From Cyanophora paradoxa CCMP329 (Eukaryota > Plantae > Glaucophyta), in NCBI GenBank assembly GCA_004431415.1, contig QPMI01000457.1:372001-436000 (forward strand): 64,000 nt of DNA, given 5' to 3'. How positions within the stretch are numbered: the first letter of the stretch is position 1; each line of letters begins with the position of its first letter. The notes under the pieces are model-generated. The model made no database searches, was not told the DNA's origin, and worked only from the letters and a program-made list of their open reading frames with translations. Below, in pieces: positions 13,076 to 25,800 of the stretch. The translations under genes were made by a program, and so were the position numbers.

Positions 13076-13799
13076 CAGTTAGCCTAGTAGTAAGGCAGTT
13101 TAAGGCACTCAAACTTCAGAAGTCTCAGCTGCATGCGCAGACTGCAGTAGTGCCATAAGAATTTTAGAAGGCGGCGTGCAAAACATTAATTATAAGCGAT
13201 CTAGAGCAGCAGCACAAAAAAGGCTCAGAAAACAAGTAAGAGAACCAGAAGAATGCAGATGAGCTACGTATAAAACTAAATATCAAATGCGCAATTCAAT
13301 GAATCATCATGATTGCGATCACGAAACCCACCCTAAAGGATCCGGAATTCGACTTGGGAAGGCTGGACATGGCCAGAAAATCTGCCTGTAATCACGTGGA
13401 CTGCACGTACTGTGGGCCACATGCATATGGATAGGCCTCTTTTAACGGCTACAAGCTATAGATGCATAAAAACTCCAAGCTCTTTAACGGCCAACTGCAC
13501 AAAAAGGCGTATATAGTCTGTACTAGCCTGCTGAAGCTTACGTGTTCTGTACTTCCTCTGGGCCACATAACAAGGCGTCGACGTCTTGACAGCTACCGTA
13601 CCTAGCCACCTACAGAAAAAGGCGAACTCTTCTCGGTATCTACAAAAAACTTCGGAAGCGGCGCCGGCGCCGGGACAGGGCCGGGCGCTGTTTATTCCTT
13701 GGCGGCCCCTTCCCGTGCGCCGTTTATTCCTTGGCGGCCCGGCCGGGCCGGCTCCCTGGCCCCCCGGCTTTCCGGCTTTATTTTGTCACCGCCCGCGGG

Positions 13800-16700
13800 C
13801 TAGAGGACGTGCGCGGAGGGGATCCAGGTCGGCGGGGGGCGCGCCGGGGGGAGGCGGGGGCCCGGGAGGGCGGCGGCCCACGCCGGCGAGAAGGGCCCGT
13901 GCGCGTCGCCGACCTCCTCTGGGGAGGCCGAGGGCGGGCTGAAGGGCGCCGCCTCCGGGCTGCCCTTGGCCAAGGGCGCGAAGCCGAAGTCCAGGGCCGG
14001 CAGGCCGCCGGGGCTGAGGGTGAAGTACGAGTGCGCGGGGGCCAGGGGCGCGGGGTCGGCGGGGGCGGCCGCCGCCGGGGGCGGGGCGCCGGCCGCTACG
14101 CCCTGCCCCGCACCCTGCCCGGACCGCTCCCTGCACTCCGCCTCCATGCGCCGGATGTTCTCCATGCGGCCCGAGTGGGGCGGGAAGTATGCCTGAAATG
14201 GCGCGCGCGCCGCGCGTCAGCTTCGCCTTCGCCACCCCCCTCTTCCTAGCTGCGGGGGCACCGGGTAGCGGTCGTAGAGGACGGAGCGGGCGCGGGCGAG
14301 GCTGCCGAGGGCCTTGGCCCACTCGCCGCAGTGCACCTGCGCGCGCGCCAGCTGCGCATGCGGCCCGCCCGCCGGCCGTCAGCCGCGGCCCCCGCGCAGC
14401 GCCCTAGGCCGGCGCCCCTGGCCCTGGCGGACCTGGAAGATGGCGTGGCCGACGACGGCGTCTCGGAGGGCGTGGCCCCGGAACAGCACCCGCTCCGTCA
14501 GCAGCAGGCTCCACCGCATGTTCGACGCCACGTCCTCCCTGCGGGGCGGTCAGCGCGCTTGGGGAGCAGCTAGGCCCGGGCCCGGGCGGGCGGGCGCACA
14601 GCTTGGGCTCCCGCTTCATGGTGCCCGGCCTGACCTTGTGCTCCAGCACGTTCAGCTGCGCCCCCGCTCGTCAGCGCCTCCGCCGAGCCGCCGCTCTCCC
14701 TTAGGGTACCCCCGGGGCCGTCGACCGCGACTGCGGCGCCACGCACCCACCAGGGGAGCCAGTTGAAGGTGTAGTCGATCTCGGGGTAGCCGAACCCGTA
14801 CGTTTCGCTCGCCTGCGCCAGCGAGCGCCTCGCGTACTGCAGCCCCCGCGCGTGTGAGCTCATGATCAGATGTGAGCTCAGGTCAGATCCGAGCGGGGTG
14901 GGGCGGGGCGGGGCGGACGGTGTGGACGCCGGAGAGGTCGCCGACGTGGAAGCTGGCGAGGGCCGTCGTCTGGAAGATGCGCTCCAGCGGCGCCCTGCCC
15001 GCCCCGCCCCGCCACGTCAGCCGAGCCGGACGGGGAGCGGAGGAGGGCCTGGAGGGGGCACCGGTAGCCCGGGGACATGGGGGCGAGGATGCCGGCGGCG
15101 CGCTCCAGGTGCCGCCGCGAGTTGCGCCACTGCGCCGGCCCGGCACGGCCCGGTCAGGTTCCCTGGGCTCAGGGCCCGGCGGGGCCCCGGGGCCCGCACC
15201 TTGCCGTTCATGAAGGCCTCCCATCCTGCGGACGAACGAAGCGCGGCTCGCTCGGGGAGGGGCGGGGCGGCGGATCTCGAGGAGGACCAACAAACAAACA
15301 GGAAGCGGACCGAGGGTGCGGATGGCGCAGGCCTCGCCGAAGACGTCCTCCTCGTCCCCGTCGCAGAACCAGTAGAGCTACGGGAGATCAGCCGGGGGCG
15401 GCGGAGGGGGCGGGGAGGAGGGGGGTGGGGATCACCCGGGGGCAGATGTGCGAGCCGAGGTGGCTCCGGTTGGGCATCCGGACTGCGGGAGGGAGGGCGG
15501 GGGCGGGTGAGCGGGCGCGCGCGCGCGGCCCAAAGCTTTCTTCTTCTTCTTCCACTGCTTCGTCTGTGGGGCGGCGGGCGCGGGCGGGCGCACGGAGGGA
15601 GTCTGCGAGCTCGCAGAGGAGCCCCGCCTCCTGCCTGGAGGGCGTCTCCCCCGCGCGGATGAGCTCGCTCCACGCCTCGAAGTAGAGCTCCAGCGCCGCG
15701 TCGCTCTCCCGCCACTGGCCCCGCCCCCGAGTCGGCGGGGGGCGAGGCGGGGGGTGGAGGGGGAGACGGGGGAGACGGGGGGTTACCTGCTCGAGGGCCC
15801 AGGCGCGGCGGCGCATGGCCTCGCAGCGGAGGGCCGGGCGCCCCTCCCAGTGCGGCGCCGTCAGCCGGTCGGCCTGCGGGGAGGGAGCCTTAGGGGCGCC
15901 GCCGCGGCGCGGGCGGGGGCGGCCCAGGGGTACGCACGTGCTCGATGAGGGAGAAGACGTAGCTGCGGGGTACGGGGAAGAGGTCCGAGGACGCGAACCG
16001 CGCCTGCGCCCGCGGCGTCAGGGGTACAGCGGGCGCCCCTAACAGCCCTGGAGGGGGGTTACGGACCTCGCCGCAGAGGACGGATACGGCGTTCCACGCG
16101 TGCTCCGCAGCGAGCGCCGCATCCTCCCTGCGCGGGCGCGTAAAGATCGAATTCCAGCCTCGTCCTCTTGAGCTTGCACTAATTCGGCGCCGGCCGGGCG
16201 CACGGGTCCTTCAGGCCGGGAAAAGTGCCCGTCTCGGGATCCGAGCCGGCGGCCAGGATGTGCGAGCGCCAGGCGGCCGCCACCGACTCCAGCTGCGCGC
16301 CCGGCTCGCGAACGAAGAATGGGGGGGGAGGAGGGCAGGGGGGTAGGGGCGCGCCAGCTCCGAGGAGCCTGCGAGGCGGAGGTCCTCGAGGGCGCGGCGG
16401 GCGCGGAAGCGGCCCTCCCGGGAGCGGAAGAGGGGCGAGTCGAAGACCTCGGCGTTGGAGAGGGCCTGGCGGGGGGCAGGGTGAGGCGGGCGGGGGGTTG
16501 GGGAGGATGCGGGCTTGCGCACGGCGGCGAGGTCGCGGCAGGCGGTGAGGAGGCGGGGCGGCGAAGGCCGGTTCCCGCGCACCGGGTGCGCGACGCCGAC
16601 GCTGTGGGCGGGCGGGGGCAGGGCCGGGCCGGGCCGGGCCGCGTCAGCAAGGGAGCCTGGGCGGGGCGGGCGGGGCGGGGCGGGGCGGGCGGACCTCGTG

Positions 16701-18356
16701 GCGACGACGCCGACGGCGGCGTGGGAGGCGTGCACCATCGCCGCGGCGCCGTCCCGCGAGGCCGCGCTCGCGTGCCGGTACGGCGCCGCCTGCCCCCGCG
16801 AGTCAGCTCAGAGGAGAGGGGCGGGAGAGGGGGGGGTGCGTATACGCACCATGCCGTTGAGGGAGAGGGGGGAGGAGAAGGGGGCGGGGGGCGGCCAGGG
16901 CAGACTCGGGGAGAGCGGGGCGGCGAGCCCTATCGGAGCCGGGGACGTCTTGCCGGCGCTGCGCGCGAGCTCGCTCGGAGGGGGCGGGCGCTGAGGCAGG
17001 GACGGTGGGAGGAGGGCACCTGACGCCGGCGGGGAGGATGCGGAGGGGGGCGCCGGGGGGTAGGGGCTGCGGGGGCTCGGCGAGGGGGCCGGCCCCGTCC
17101 TCGGAGGCCGGGTCGGCGTCGGGGTAGAAGTGCACGGCCCGCTGGAACTGCAGCGCCAGCTCCTCCTCCTCGTTGCCGTACCCCGCCTTCTCGTCGGCGA
17201 TGTACCCCCCCTCCGTCTCCCACTCGGAGCTCGAAGAGACGACGGAGGTGAGCGACGCGCTGACGGGGCGGGGCGGGCGCCGGGCGGCGGCCCCGCCCCC
17301 GCCGCCAGCGCCGCCGGCTCCGCCGACGACCCGGGGGCGCTTTGAGGCCTCTTTGGAGGAGGGCCGGCCCTGGGCGGCGGCGGCGCCGGCCTGGCCGCGC
17401 TTGGCTGGGGCGGCGCCCCAGACGACCACCGAGTCCAGCACGCTCGCAGCGTCCTCCGCGTCGCAGATCTTGAGCCTGCGCGCGGCGGGATCGGCGGCGG
17501 TCGGCGGCGGGGGGGCGGGGGCCCGGGGGCGGCGGCAGTGGGGCACCGGAAGCGGCGGCGGCGGTGGAGGAAGCTCGAGGCGGCGACGCCGAAGCTCTGC
17601 TCGCTGTACCCGTTGCCGTTGAGGCGGAGGACGAGCTCCGCGCAGGGCTCGCCGAGGCGGGAGCCCCAGGGGAAGGCGATCAGCGGGTCCGGCAGCACTT
17701 GCGTCCCGTCGTCTGCGGCGGCGCGGTCGGCGCGGCGCCCGGCGCTCGGCCCGGCGCGGGCGGGCGGGCGGGGCGCGCGGGGCGGACCGGCGTAGACGAG
17801 GCGGAGGCGGACGGAGGCGCCCTCCCAGGACTTGTAGTCGGCCTGGAGGGGCCCCCCGGCGAGCCCACGAGGTAGCGCCGCCCGAGAGCAGCACGCAGTC
17901 CACGTTCGCGATCCCACGCTCCGCCTCCTCCGCCCCGGCGCCTCCACCCGCGTCGGCCGCCCGCTCCGCTGCCCCCGCCCGCCCCGAGTCGGCGCCGACG
18001 CCGGCGGGCGCGCAGGGGCGCGGGGGCGCGCTCAGACCTCGCGGATCATCCCGTCGTAAGCGTGGCTGCGCAGGTCCCCGCCGTGCAGAAGCTCGAAGCG
18101 CGCGCCGGCCTTCGGGACCTTCGAGCACCGTCAGCACCGAAGGCGGTTACCGCGGGCGCTCCGGCCCGCAGACCTCAGCATTCGGCAGCGGCGAGCGGGC
18201 CTCCGGGCGGGCGTTATGTGCCGGTGGGCATACTGCTCCGTTAGGTGAGTCGGGTCCGCTCCCGTCGCTGCCGGGCGTTCCGGGGCCCACGGCAGAGCCC
18301 GAACGCCGATAGGCAGCGTGAAGGGCCGCGAAGAGCGGCGTGCCCGCTTGGTCCAT
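13800..18356 (-). CDS. Multi-exon hypothetical protein (possible helical/TPR-like C-terminus)
   Basis: ATG at 18356 (MDQAGTPLFAALHAAY...AE|VPKAGARFELLHGG). Codon-biased exons such as QVLPDPLIAFPWGSRLGEPC, LQYARRSLAQASETYGFGYPEIDYTFNW and LARAQVHCGEWAKALGSLARA are separated by C-rich introns. Stop at 13800. No family recognised. Confidence 0.65.
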
Positions 18357-18674
18357 CCCGCGCCGACACGGCCGCGCCGTCAACCGCTACGCTGCACCGG
18401 CAGATGCGTTGCAACGCTGCACGCTGGAACGTAACCGCTTCCCTTCTGTGCGCCTCTATATCTGCGCGGACTCGCGGGAGGATTGCCGAGGATCGACGGG
18501 GACGACGCCTACTTGAGGGGACGGCCGCGCCGTCAACGCGGCGGCTGCAGATAGAGAGTGCAATGGCCCAGTGGCCTGGTGCAACGCTAAGTCGATCTAT
18601 CCAGATGAGATCTTGATCCCTACGCACGCCCCCTGGCTTGCAGCTGCGGACTCGGAAGGAATCAGCTCCTGACG

Positions 18675-21600
18675 ATGAGCTTCTGTTGCTTCGTGCACCG
18701 GCCAGACGCGCCGATCGCGAAGTGCTGCAGAGGAGCCCTCCCTTCTTCCCCCCGTCTAGGACTCACTCGGAAGCGATTCGATCCCACTGGTAGAGGAGAT
18801 GAGGGTTCGACTCCGGCGACGCTCCCATTTTCAAAAAGGGCGGCGAACGCGATGAAGGGCGCACGGGCGCGCGGTTCCGCGCAGCGGGCGGGATCACACA
18901 AAGCATCGGCATCGCAGAGATCCCACGCCAGCCGCAGCTCCGAAACCTCCAGCTCTGACGACGAGGTTTTGACGCCTGTGATGAATTTTTCGAAGCAGCT
19001 CCAAGCGGCGTTGCTCGGCAACATTCGGCGCATGATCGGCGAGCAGGCACCAGCTCGCGATGCATCCAAAACGACCGATCCATCCAAAACGAACGATGCG
19101 TCCAAAACGACCGAGACCGAGGACTCCAGTGTCAACATTAAGACCCCGCCGCTGCTGACTTACCGAGGACACGCCAACTTCCACTGTATGTGCACGCGCG
19201 AGAGCGTCTGCGATCCTTGCAAAGAGCTCTCGTCAAGCCTGCAGTCCTTCGCGCTCCCCAGCAATAGCGAAGCTGAGCTCCGCAAGTATGCGGCGGACTT
19301 GAAGGTCTGACTCCCGCCTTCGCGAGCTCGAGCGCCTTTTTGCCCCGATCCTCACTGCGCGCCTGCTTGCAGGCGTACGTGGAGCATCTGGGGCCGAAGC
19401 ACGCGCTGAGCGCTGCCTCCACGATTCGCCTCGCATACCTGCACTGGACCATCGCGAACTCGGACCGGATCACGGCGGGCGAGCGCCAGAAGGCCCAGTC
19501 CCTCGGCGAGGCCGTCAGGCTCTACGAGGCACGCTGATGGCCCGCCCCTCTGCGCCGCGCGTGCGCCGGGGGCTCACAGTGGCGCCGGCGCGCGTCCCGC
19601 AGGCGACGCTGGCGCGCTACGCGGAGGACGAGCGTCTGCTTGCGGGGAGCAGGCGGGAGGCGCTGGCGGACCACGCGGAGGCGCTCGCCGCGTTCCACAG
19701 CGACCGGAACGACGCTGCCGCCGTCAAGCGCGTCCTCCTCGTGTGCCATCTCGCCTCCCCGCCCCGCGCCCCGGCTGCCTCGCGCCTCGCCTCGCCTCAC
19801 GCCGCCGCGCGCGCGCTCGCGCAGTGGGCGCTCTACTGGCGGCAGGGGGCACTGGGCCCGGCGCACGAGAAGACGGTGCGGACGGAGTACCTGCTCGGGG
19901 TCTACCTGGAGGACCTGGGTGAGCCCGACAGCGCCGAGGCCTACTTCAAGGTAGGGCGCGCCGGCCGGCCCCGGCTCCCTCCCGCGCCCACAGCCCCGGC
20001 CCGCGCCCCGCAGTCCGCGTTCGCGCACGAGCGGGAGTCCGGGAACGAGGGGCGCATCGCGAAGGCGGAGTGCTGCGACGCCCGCCGGGGGCTCGCCGCC
20101 GTCGGGGCCGCGGACACGGACGCGGCCATCGGGAGGATGGTCGTGGGCTCCCTCGTCGCCATCGGAAAGACGCACGTCACCGCCGGGCGCTTCCAGCGCG
20201 CCAGCGGCGTGCTCCAGGTACCCCTTTCCGCCCCCGCGAGGCCCGCCTGCGCGGCCGAGCTCGAGCGGCCCCCGCAGATGGCGAGCGCGATCGCGGAGCG
20301 CGTGTGCGACGGGTGCGCGGAGCGGTGCGCGCTGGAGGGCCCCGCCATGGCCCTCGTCGCCCTCTGGTCCCTCCTCCACGACTTCGACGCCGCCGAGGAG
20401 GTCCTCCAGGTGCCGTACCCCCCTTTCAACTTCCCCCCCCCCTCCCCGGCCGCCCGCCGACCGTCCCCGCAGCGTCTCATCGCGGAGACGGAGCGGCGCC
20501 TGGGCGCGGGGCACTGCCGCGTGGGCTTCGCTCTCGTGAGCCTCGCGCGCTGCCAGCTCGCCGCTGGCAGGGACCCCGTGCTCATCGCCCCCTCTGCCCG
20601 CGTGCGCCGCCCCTCTGCCGCGCCCCGCTCGCCTCGCCTCGCCTCGCCGCTCATGGCTGCGGCAGCGCGGGTGGTCCGTCCTGGTGGCCGCGCTGGGGCC
20701 CACCAGCCCCGAGGTGGGGGAGGAGCTCGTGACGATGTGGGCCCTGTACGAGCAGGCCCCTAGCCTCGACCCCGGCAGGGCCGTCCACAGGGTGCGCGCG
20801 CCCCCGCCCCTCGGCCCCGCCGACACCGCTCACGAACAGCGGCGCAGCTCATCGTGGAGTGGACGCGTGCAAACGGGCAGGCCCCGCCGGGCCTGCCCGC
20901 CCAGGCCATGGTCCGCCCTCCCGCCCCCGCTCGCCCCGCGTCGAACGCTGCCCAGGGCGCCTCGCTGACCGCACCGCAGCTGCGCATCATGCGCGGGGAG
21001 GACCGCGCGGAGTCCGAGGGGGGAGCCGTCGACGCGCTCCTCGCCGGCAAGCTGGAGCAGCGCAAGCGGGAGCGCGAGGAGCGCAAGCGGGCGGAGGAGG
21101 AGCGCGAGCGGGCGCAGCGGGAGGCCGAGCGCGCCGAGCGGGTCAAGCGCGACGCCTCGGAACGGGTGCGCCGCCCGGCGCCCGCCCGGCGCCCGCCCGC
21201 CCCCGCCGAGCGGCGCGGCAGGAGGCGGCCCAGAAGCACATGAAGGGCTCTCAGTGGGCCCCCGCCCGCAAGCTCCTCGACGCCCTCCTTAAGGTCTCCC
21301 CGCCGCCGGCCCCGCCGCCCCCGTCGGCGCCCTCTGAGAGGCGTTCCCTCCCCCCCAGCGCTCCCCGGACGACTTTGAGGCTCGCCTGCTCCGCATCCGT
21401 GCGCCGCCCGGCACCCTGCTCCGACCCCGCTGACGCCGCGGCAGAGTGCACGGTGGGCGCCGGCCAGCTCGAGGCGGCCGGGAAGGAGGCCGAGAAAGCG
21501 GAGCGCGAGCTCGCCGGCTCGGGCGCAAGCGCGGACGTCCTCCGCCGGTGCGCGGAGCCCGCCGCCTACTTTCGCTTGGGCGTCGAGCGGCGCCACAGGG

Positions 21601-22826
21601 TGCAGGAGCAGCGGCGGAACATCGCGGCGGAGCTGCTGATGCGCGAGGAGGCGAAGGAGCGCGAGGTGGCGAAGCGGCGGGAGGAGGCGGCGGCGCGGCG
21701 GCGCGAGGAGGCGAAGGAGGCGAAGCGGCGCGAGGAGGCGAGGCGGCGGGAGGAGGAGGAGGCGCGGCGGCGGGCGCAGGAGGAGCAGCGCGAGCGGGAG
21801 CGGCAGGCGGAGCTGCAGCGGCAGCAGCAGCTGTGGCGGGAGGAGCAGGAGCGAAGGGAGGCGCGCCGGCGGGAGCAGGAGCAGCGGCAGGAGGAGCGGC
21901 GGCGCGAGGAGGAGGCGCGGCGGCAGGCGGCCGAGGCCGAGCGCCGCCGGGAGGAGGAGGAGGAGGAGCGACGTCGGGAGGAGCAGCAGCGGAGGCGCGA
22001 GGAGGAGCGGAGGGCGGCGCCGGCCGCTCGCAAGGGCGCCGCGCCCTGCCGCTTCTTCGCCGCCGGCTTCTGCCGCGACGGCGCGCGCTGCCGGTGCGCC
22101 CCCCGTCGTCGCCTCGCTCTCGCGGCCAGGCGCTCCGCCCACGCGCCCACCGCAGGTTCCAGCACGGAGCCCCGGCCCCCGCCGCGCCCGCCGAGGCTGG
22201 CCCCAGCTCGGGCCAGCCTGCCCAGGTCGCGGCCTGCCGCTTCTTCGCGAGGGGCTCCTGCCGCGACGGCGCGCGCTGCCGGTGCGACGCAGCGCCCGCC
22301 TCCCCTCCGCTTCCCCGCCGCCCACGCCGCGCGGCAGGTACCGGCACGAGGCGGCGGGTCCCAGCTCGGGCCCTGCGGCGGCCCCGAGGAGGCCGAGCTC
22401 GAGTGCGCCATCTGCCTCGCGCCCCTGGCCTCCGGCCCGCCCGCCGCCGCCCTCCCCTGCCGCCGTGCGCCCCGCCGCCCCGCTGCCCCCCGCCGGCCAC
22501 TTTTCCGCGGGTCTCACGGACCCCGCAGACCGCTTCCACGGCCCCTGCATCGACCAGTGGCGGACGCGGCCGCTCGCCGACGGCTGCCCCGTGTGCCGCT
22601 GCCCTTCGACGGGCCGCGCGCCGAGGCCGCCCCCGCGACGCCGGCGAGGGCCGAGCGGGGCGCGGGGCCCGGGCCCTCCTCGCCCCCGCCGCCGCTGCAG
22701 CCGGCCTCGCCCGCCACCTCCGACGAGGGCCTTGGCGCCGGCGCCCCCGCATCCCCCCTCGGCCTCTCCGCCCCGCCCGCCCGCCCCACGCGGCCCTACC
22801 GGCCCCCCGGCCTCTTCGCTGCTTGA
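18675..22826 (+). CDS. TPR-like / coiled-coil / 2x CCCH zinc finger / RING-H2 protein (putative RNA-binding E3 ubiquitin ligase)
   Basis: Spliced CRFFAAGFCRDGARC|RFQH and CRFFARGSCRDGARC|RYRH (C-x7-C-x5-C-x3-H). RING-H2 CAIC...PCRHRFHGPCIDQW...CPVC. E/R-rich coil at ~21600-22010 and TPR-like helices (LGPAHEKTVRTEYLLGVYL). Start uncertain; the stop is 22826 or 22890 depending on a homopolymer indel at ~22603. Confidence 0.8.
19059..19112 (+). repeat. Coding 18-bp tandem repeat x3 (DASKTT/DPSKTN/DASKTT)
   Basis: GAT(G/C)C(A/G)TCCAAAACGA(C/A)C units. Confidence 0.8.
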
Positions 22827-22886
22827 GCCGTCTTCCGAACGACTGCAGCATGTGTACAGGGGCAGGGACAGGGGGGCGCGCAGGGG

Positions 22887-25800
22887 CTAGGCGGGGGCGG
22901 GGATGTCGACGCGGGCGGAGGCGGAGTTGCCGCGGGCGTCGGAGGCGCGGAGAGTGACCCCCGCCGCCCGCCCCCCGGGCAGCCGCAGCAGCGAGCGCAG
23001 CAGCGGCGGCGTCAGCGTCAGCTGCACGCCGGCGTCAGGGACAAAGTGGCGGCGCAGATCGGCGGGGGCGGCAGGGGCGCGCGCCTCCTTTGGCGTCTCC
23101 ACGCTCCCGTCCTCCAGGTGGGCCACCACTGCCGTCGGGTCAAGGGTGGGAAGCGGGGCGGGGGAAGGTGGGAGGGGTACCATTGCCGTCGATCTCGAAG
23201 TCGACGACGCGGAGGCCGGCGGGGGCCCGCAGCTCCGCCCGCGTCCCCGCGAGACGGTCCACGCACTGCACCCGGCACCCGCCGTCCCCTGCCCCGGAGC
23301 CCTCGAGCTCGAAGAAGAAGAAGAAGCAGAAGGGGCGCCGGAGGGCGGCGGCGCGGGCGGCGCGGACCGATGCGGCAGGCGGCGCCCTCGCGGTCCATCT
23401 CCGCCGTGCGGAAGAAGGGGTGCTGGAACAGGTGCGCCGCGCTGCACCGGCGGTACCGGTCAGTCAGGTCCCAGCTTCAGTGTCTGCTTTTGGACGCGGT
23501 GCCCGCGCGCGCCTGGAGCGGTGCCAGGCGGTCTCGTCGTCCCAGCGGAGGGGCCGGAGCGGGGCGGGGGCCCAGGGCTCCTCCACGGCGAACGTCCGGC
23601 TGAAGCGGTCGAAGCCGCGCGCCATGATCGACTCGCCGTGCGCCGTGTGCGCGAGCCCGAAGCAGTGGCCGAGCTCGTGGAGCATGGCGCCCACGCCCGT
23701 CGAGAAGTTCGCCCCGTGCGTGCCCCGCCCGCAGCTGCCGGGCCGGGGCGTCAGGCCCTGGGCGCCGCATCGCTTGCGAGGGCTCTGAGACTGAGACTGG
23801 GGCTCGCGAGCCTGTCGTCGAAGAAGCGGGCGGTGTCGATGCGGCGCGCGTCGGCGAAGCTGCGCCGGCGGATCCCGCGTCGGTCGAAGGAGAGAAGCTC
23901 GAAGAAGAAGAGGCGGCGCGGGGCGGGGCGGGGCGGGACGGCACCGGGCGACGAGCTCGTCGAGAGAGGGCGCGAAGGTGTGCAGCGTCGAGGAGCCGAA
24001 GAGCGCGAGGCGGCCCCCGCCCAGCGCTGCCCGCCCCGCCCCGCTCCCATCAGCCCCGCAAGTCAAAGCCCGAGCGGCGCGCGGGTGCGCTCGCTCGCAC
24101 CCGTGTGCGCGGCCGGCAAGGTGCCGTACCGGGCCGGGTCGTACCTGCGGGACGCACGCGTCAGAGCGCCGCGAAGCAGAGAGACAGGCCTGCGGTCCGC
24201 GGGGCGCGGGCGGGCGCGCCAGGTGAAGGACATGACCGCGACGTCGATGGTCCGCTCGCGCTCCGGCAGCGACTCCAGCTCCCGTGCCAGCCTGCCCGAG
24301 AACGCTCAGAAACACAGCGGTACGAAGAGCGGGCCAGAACCCCGGGGGAAGGGGTCGCGCCGGGAGTGGAGGTCGTGGCCGGACATGCCGCGGGCCTCGG
24401 CGGTGCTGAGGCCGCTGCGGAAGACGTGGACGCGCTCCTGCAGCTCGAACGTACGCCGCTCGGGGCCCGTCCCCGCGATGCACTGCGTCGACGTCGGCCG
24501 CGCCGGCCGCGTCGGCTCGGCCACGACGAGGGGCGGCGCACGTGCTCAAAGATCTTCTCGGCGGTGAAGGACTGCATGAGGCGGCCGGCCAGCTGCAGAG
24601 GCCGTGAGCCGGGGAACGGGCGACGCCGGCGGCGGGCGGGGGCGCCTGGAGGCGGGCGCAGGCGGAGGCGACGTCGCAGGGCTCGCCCTCGGGCGCCTGG
24701 AAGCGCCCGTCGCCGTCGCGCGCCAGCACGTAGACGAGGCGCACGCTGCGGAGCTCGCGCCCCGGCAGGTGCCGCAGCGACAGCGCGAGCGGCGGGGCGC
24801 CCTCCAGGGGCCCCTCCTCGTCGGCGGCGGCGGCGAGGACGGCGTTGGTGCCCAGGCGGAGGGGCACAAGGGCCTTCCAGTGGCCCCCGGCCGCCGGCCA
24901 GACGCGCACGTCCGGCGGGCCCCCGCCCGCGAGCGACTCGGCCGTCACGATCACCTGCCCGCGCACGGACCGTGAGACCTGATCGGAAGCGGCGGCGGGG
25001 GGCCCGCGCCGACCTGCGTGCAGGCGGGCGGGCAGGTGCCCCGCAGCAGCGGCAGCGAGTGCCCGCAGGCGTCGCCGTCCCGCCAGTTCGTCACGGCGAA
25101 GGGCTGGGGGGTCCCGGGGGCCTCCGGCGGGGGCGCGAACGCCGGAGAGGGCGCGGGGGGCACGGGTGCGGGGGTGGGGGAGGGCGCGGGCGAAGGGGGG
25201 GTACCGGCGTCCGGGGCGACGAGGACGGAGAGGGAGCGGAGGCGGTCGTTGGCGGTGCCGCGGAAGCCGACGAGGGACGTACCCGGGGCGGCCCGCACGC
25301 TCGCGTCGGGCTCGCGCCCCGCCGGGTCGCCGGCGAGGGCCCACCGCGCGCCGCAGTGGAAGCGGAGGGCGCGCAGGCCGCCGCCGGCGCCGCCCGCCCA
25401 CACGTCAACGCCGTCGATCGCCTCGCCGGCCCCCGCGCGCAGCACCGCCCGGCTGCCCGCAGCCTTGCCCGCAGCGGCAGCGTCCGGTGCTGCCGGCCCC
25501 GCGCATTAATGGCCCGCCGCCGCGGGCGAGACATGAAGGAGAGGGTCGCACCAGGTACCCCGTGCGCGTGGAGATCTCGAGGGAGCGTACCCCTCCCTCG
25601 TCATAGTGCGCGGCCGCCTCGACGATCTGCGGGCGCGGGGCGCGCTGATCGTGAGCGGCAGGGCGGGCGGGCAGGCCGGGGCGGGCCGGGGCGCGGGCCT
25701 GGGCGCCGGGGAGGAGGATCAGCTCCGCGTCGCTGAAGGCGGTCCCGGCGGCCTGTCCGACGGGCGCACACGCCTCGAACCACTCGTCGGAGCTCGAGGC

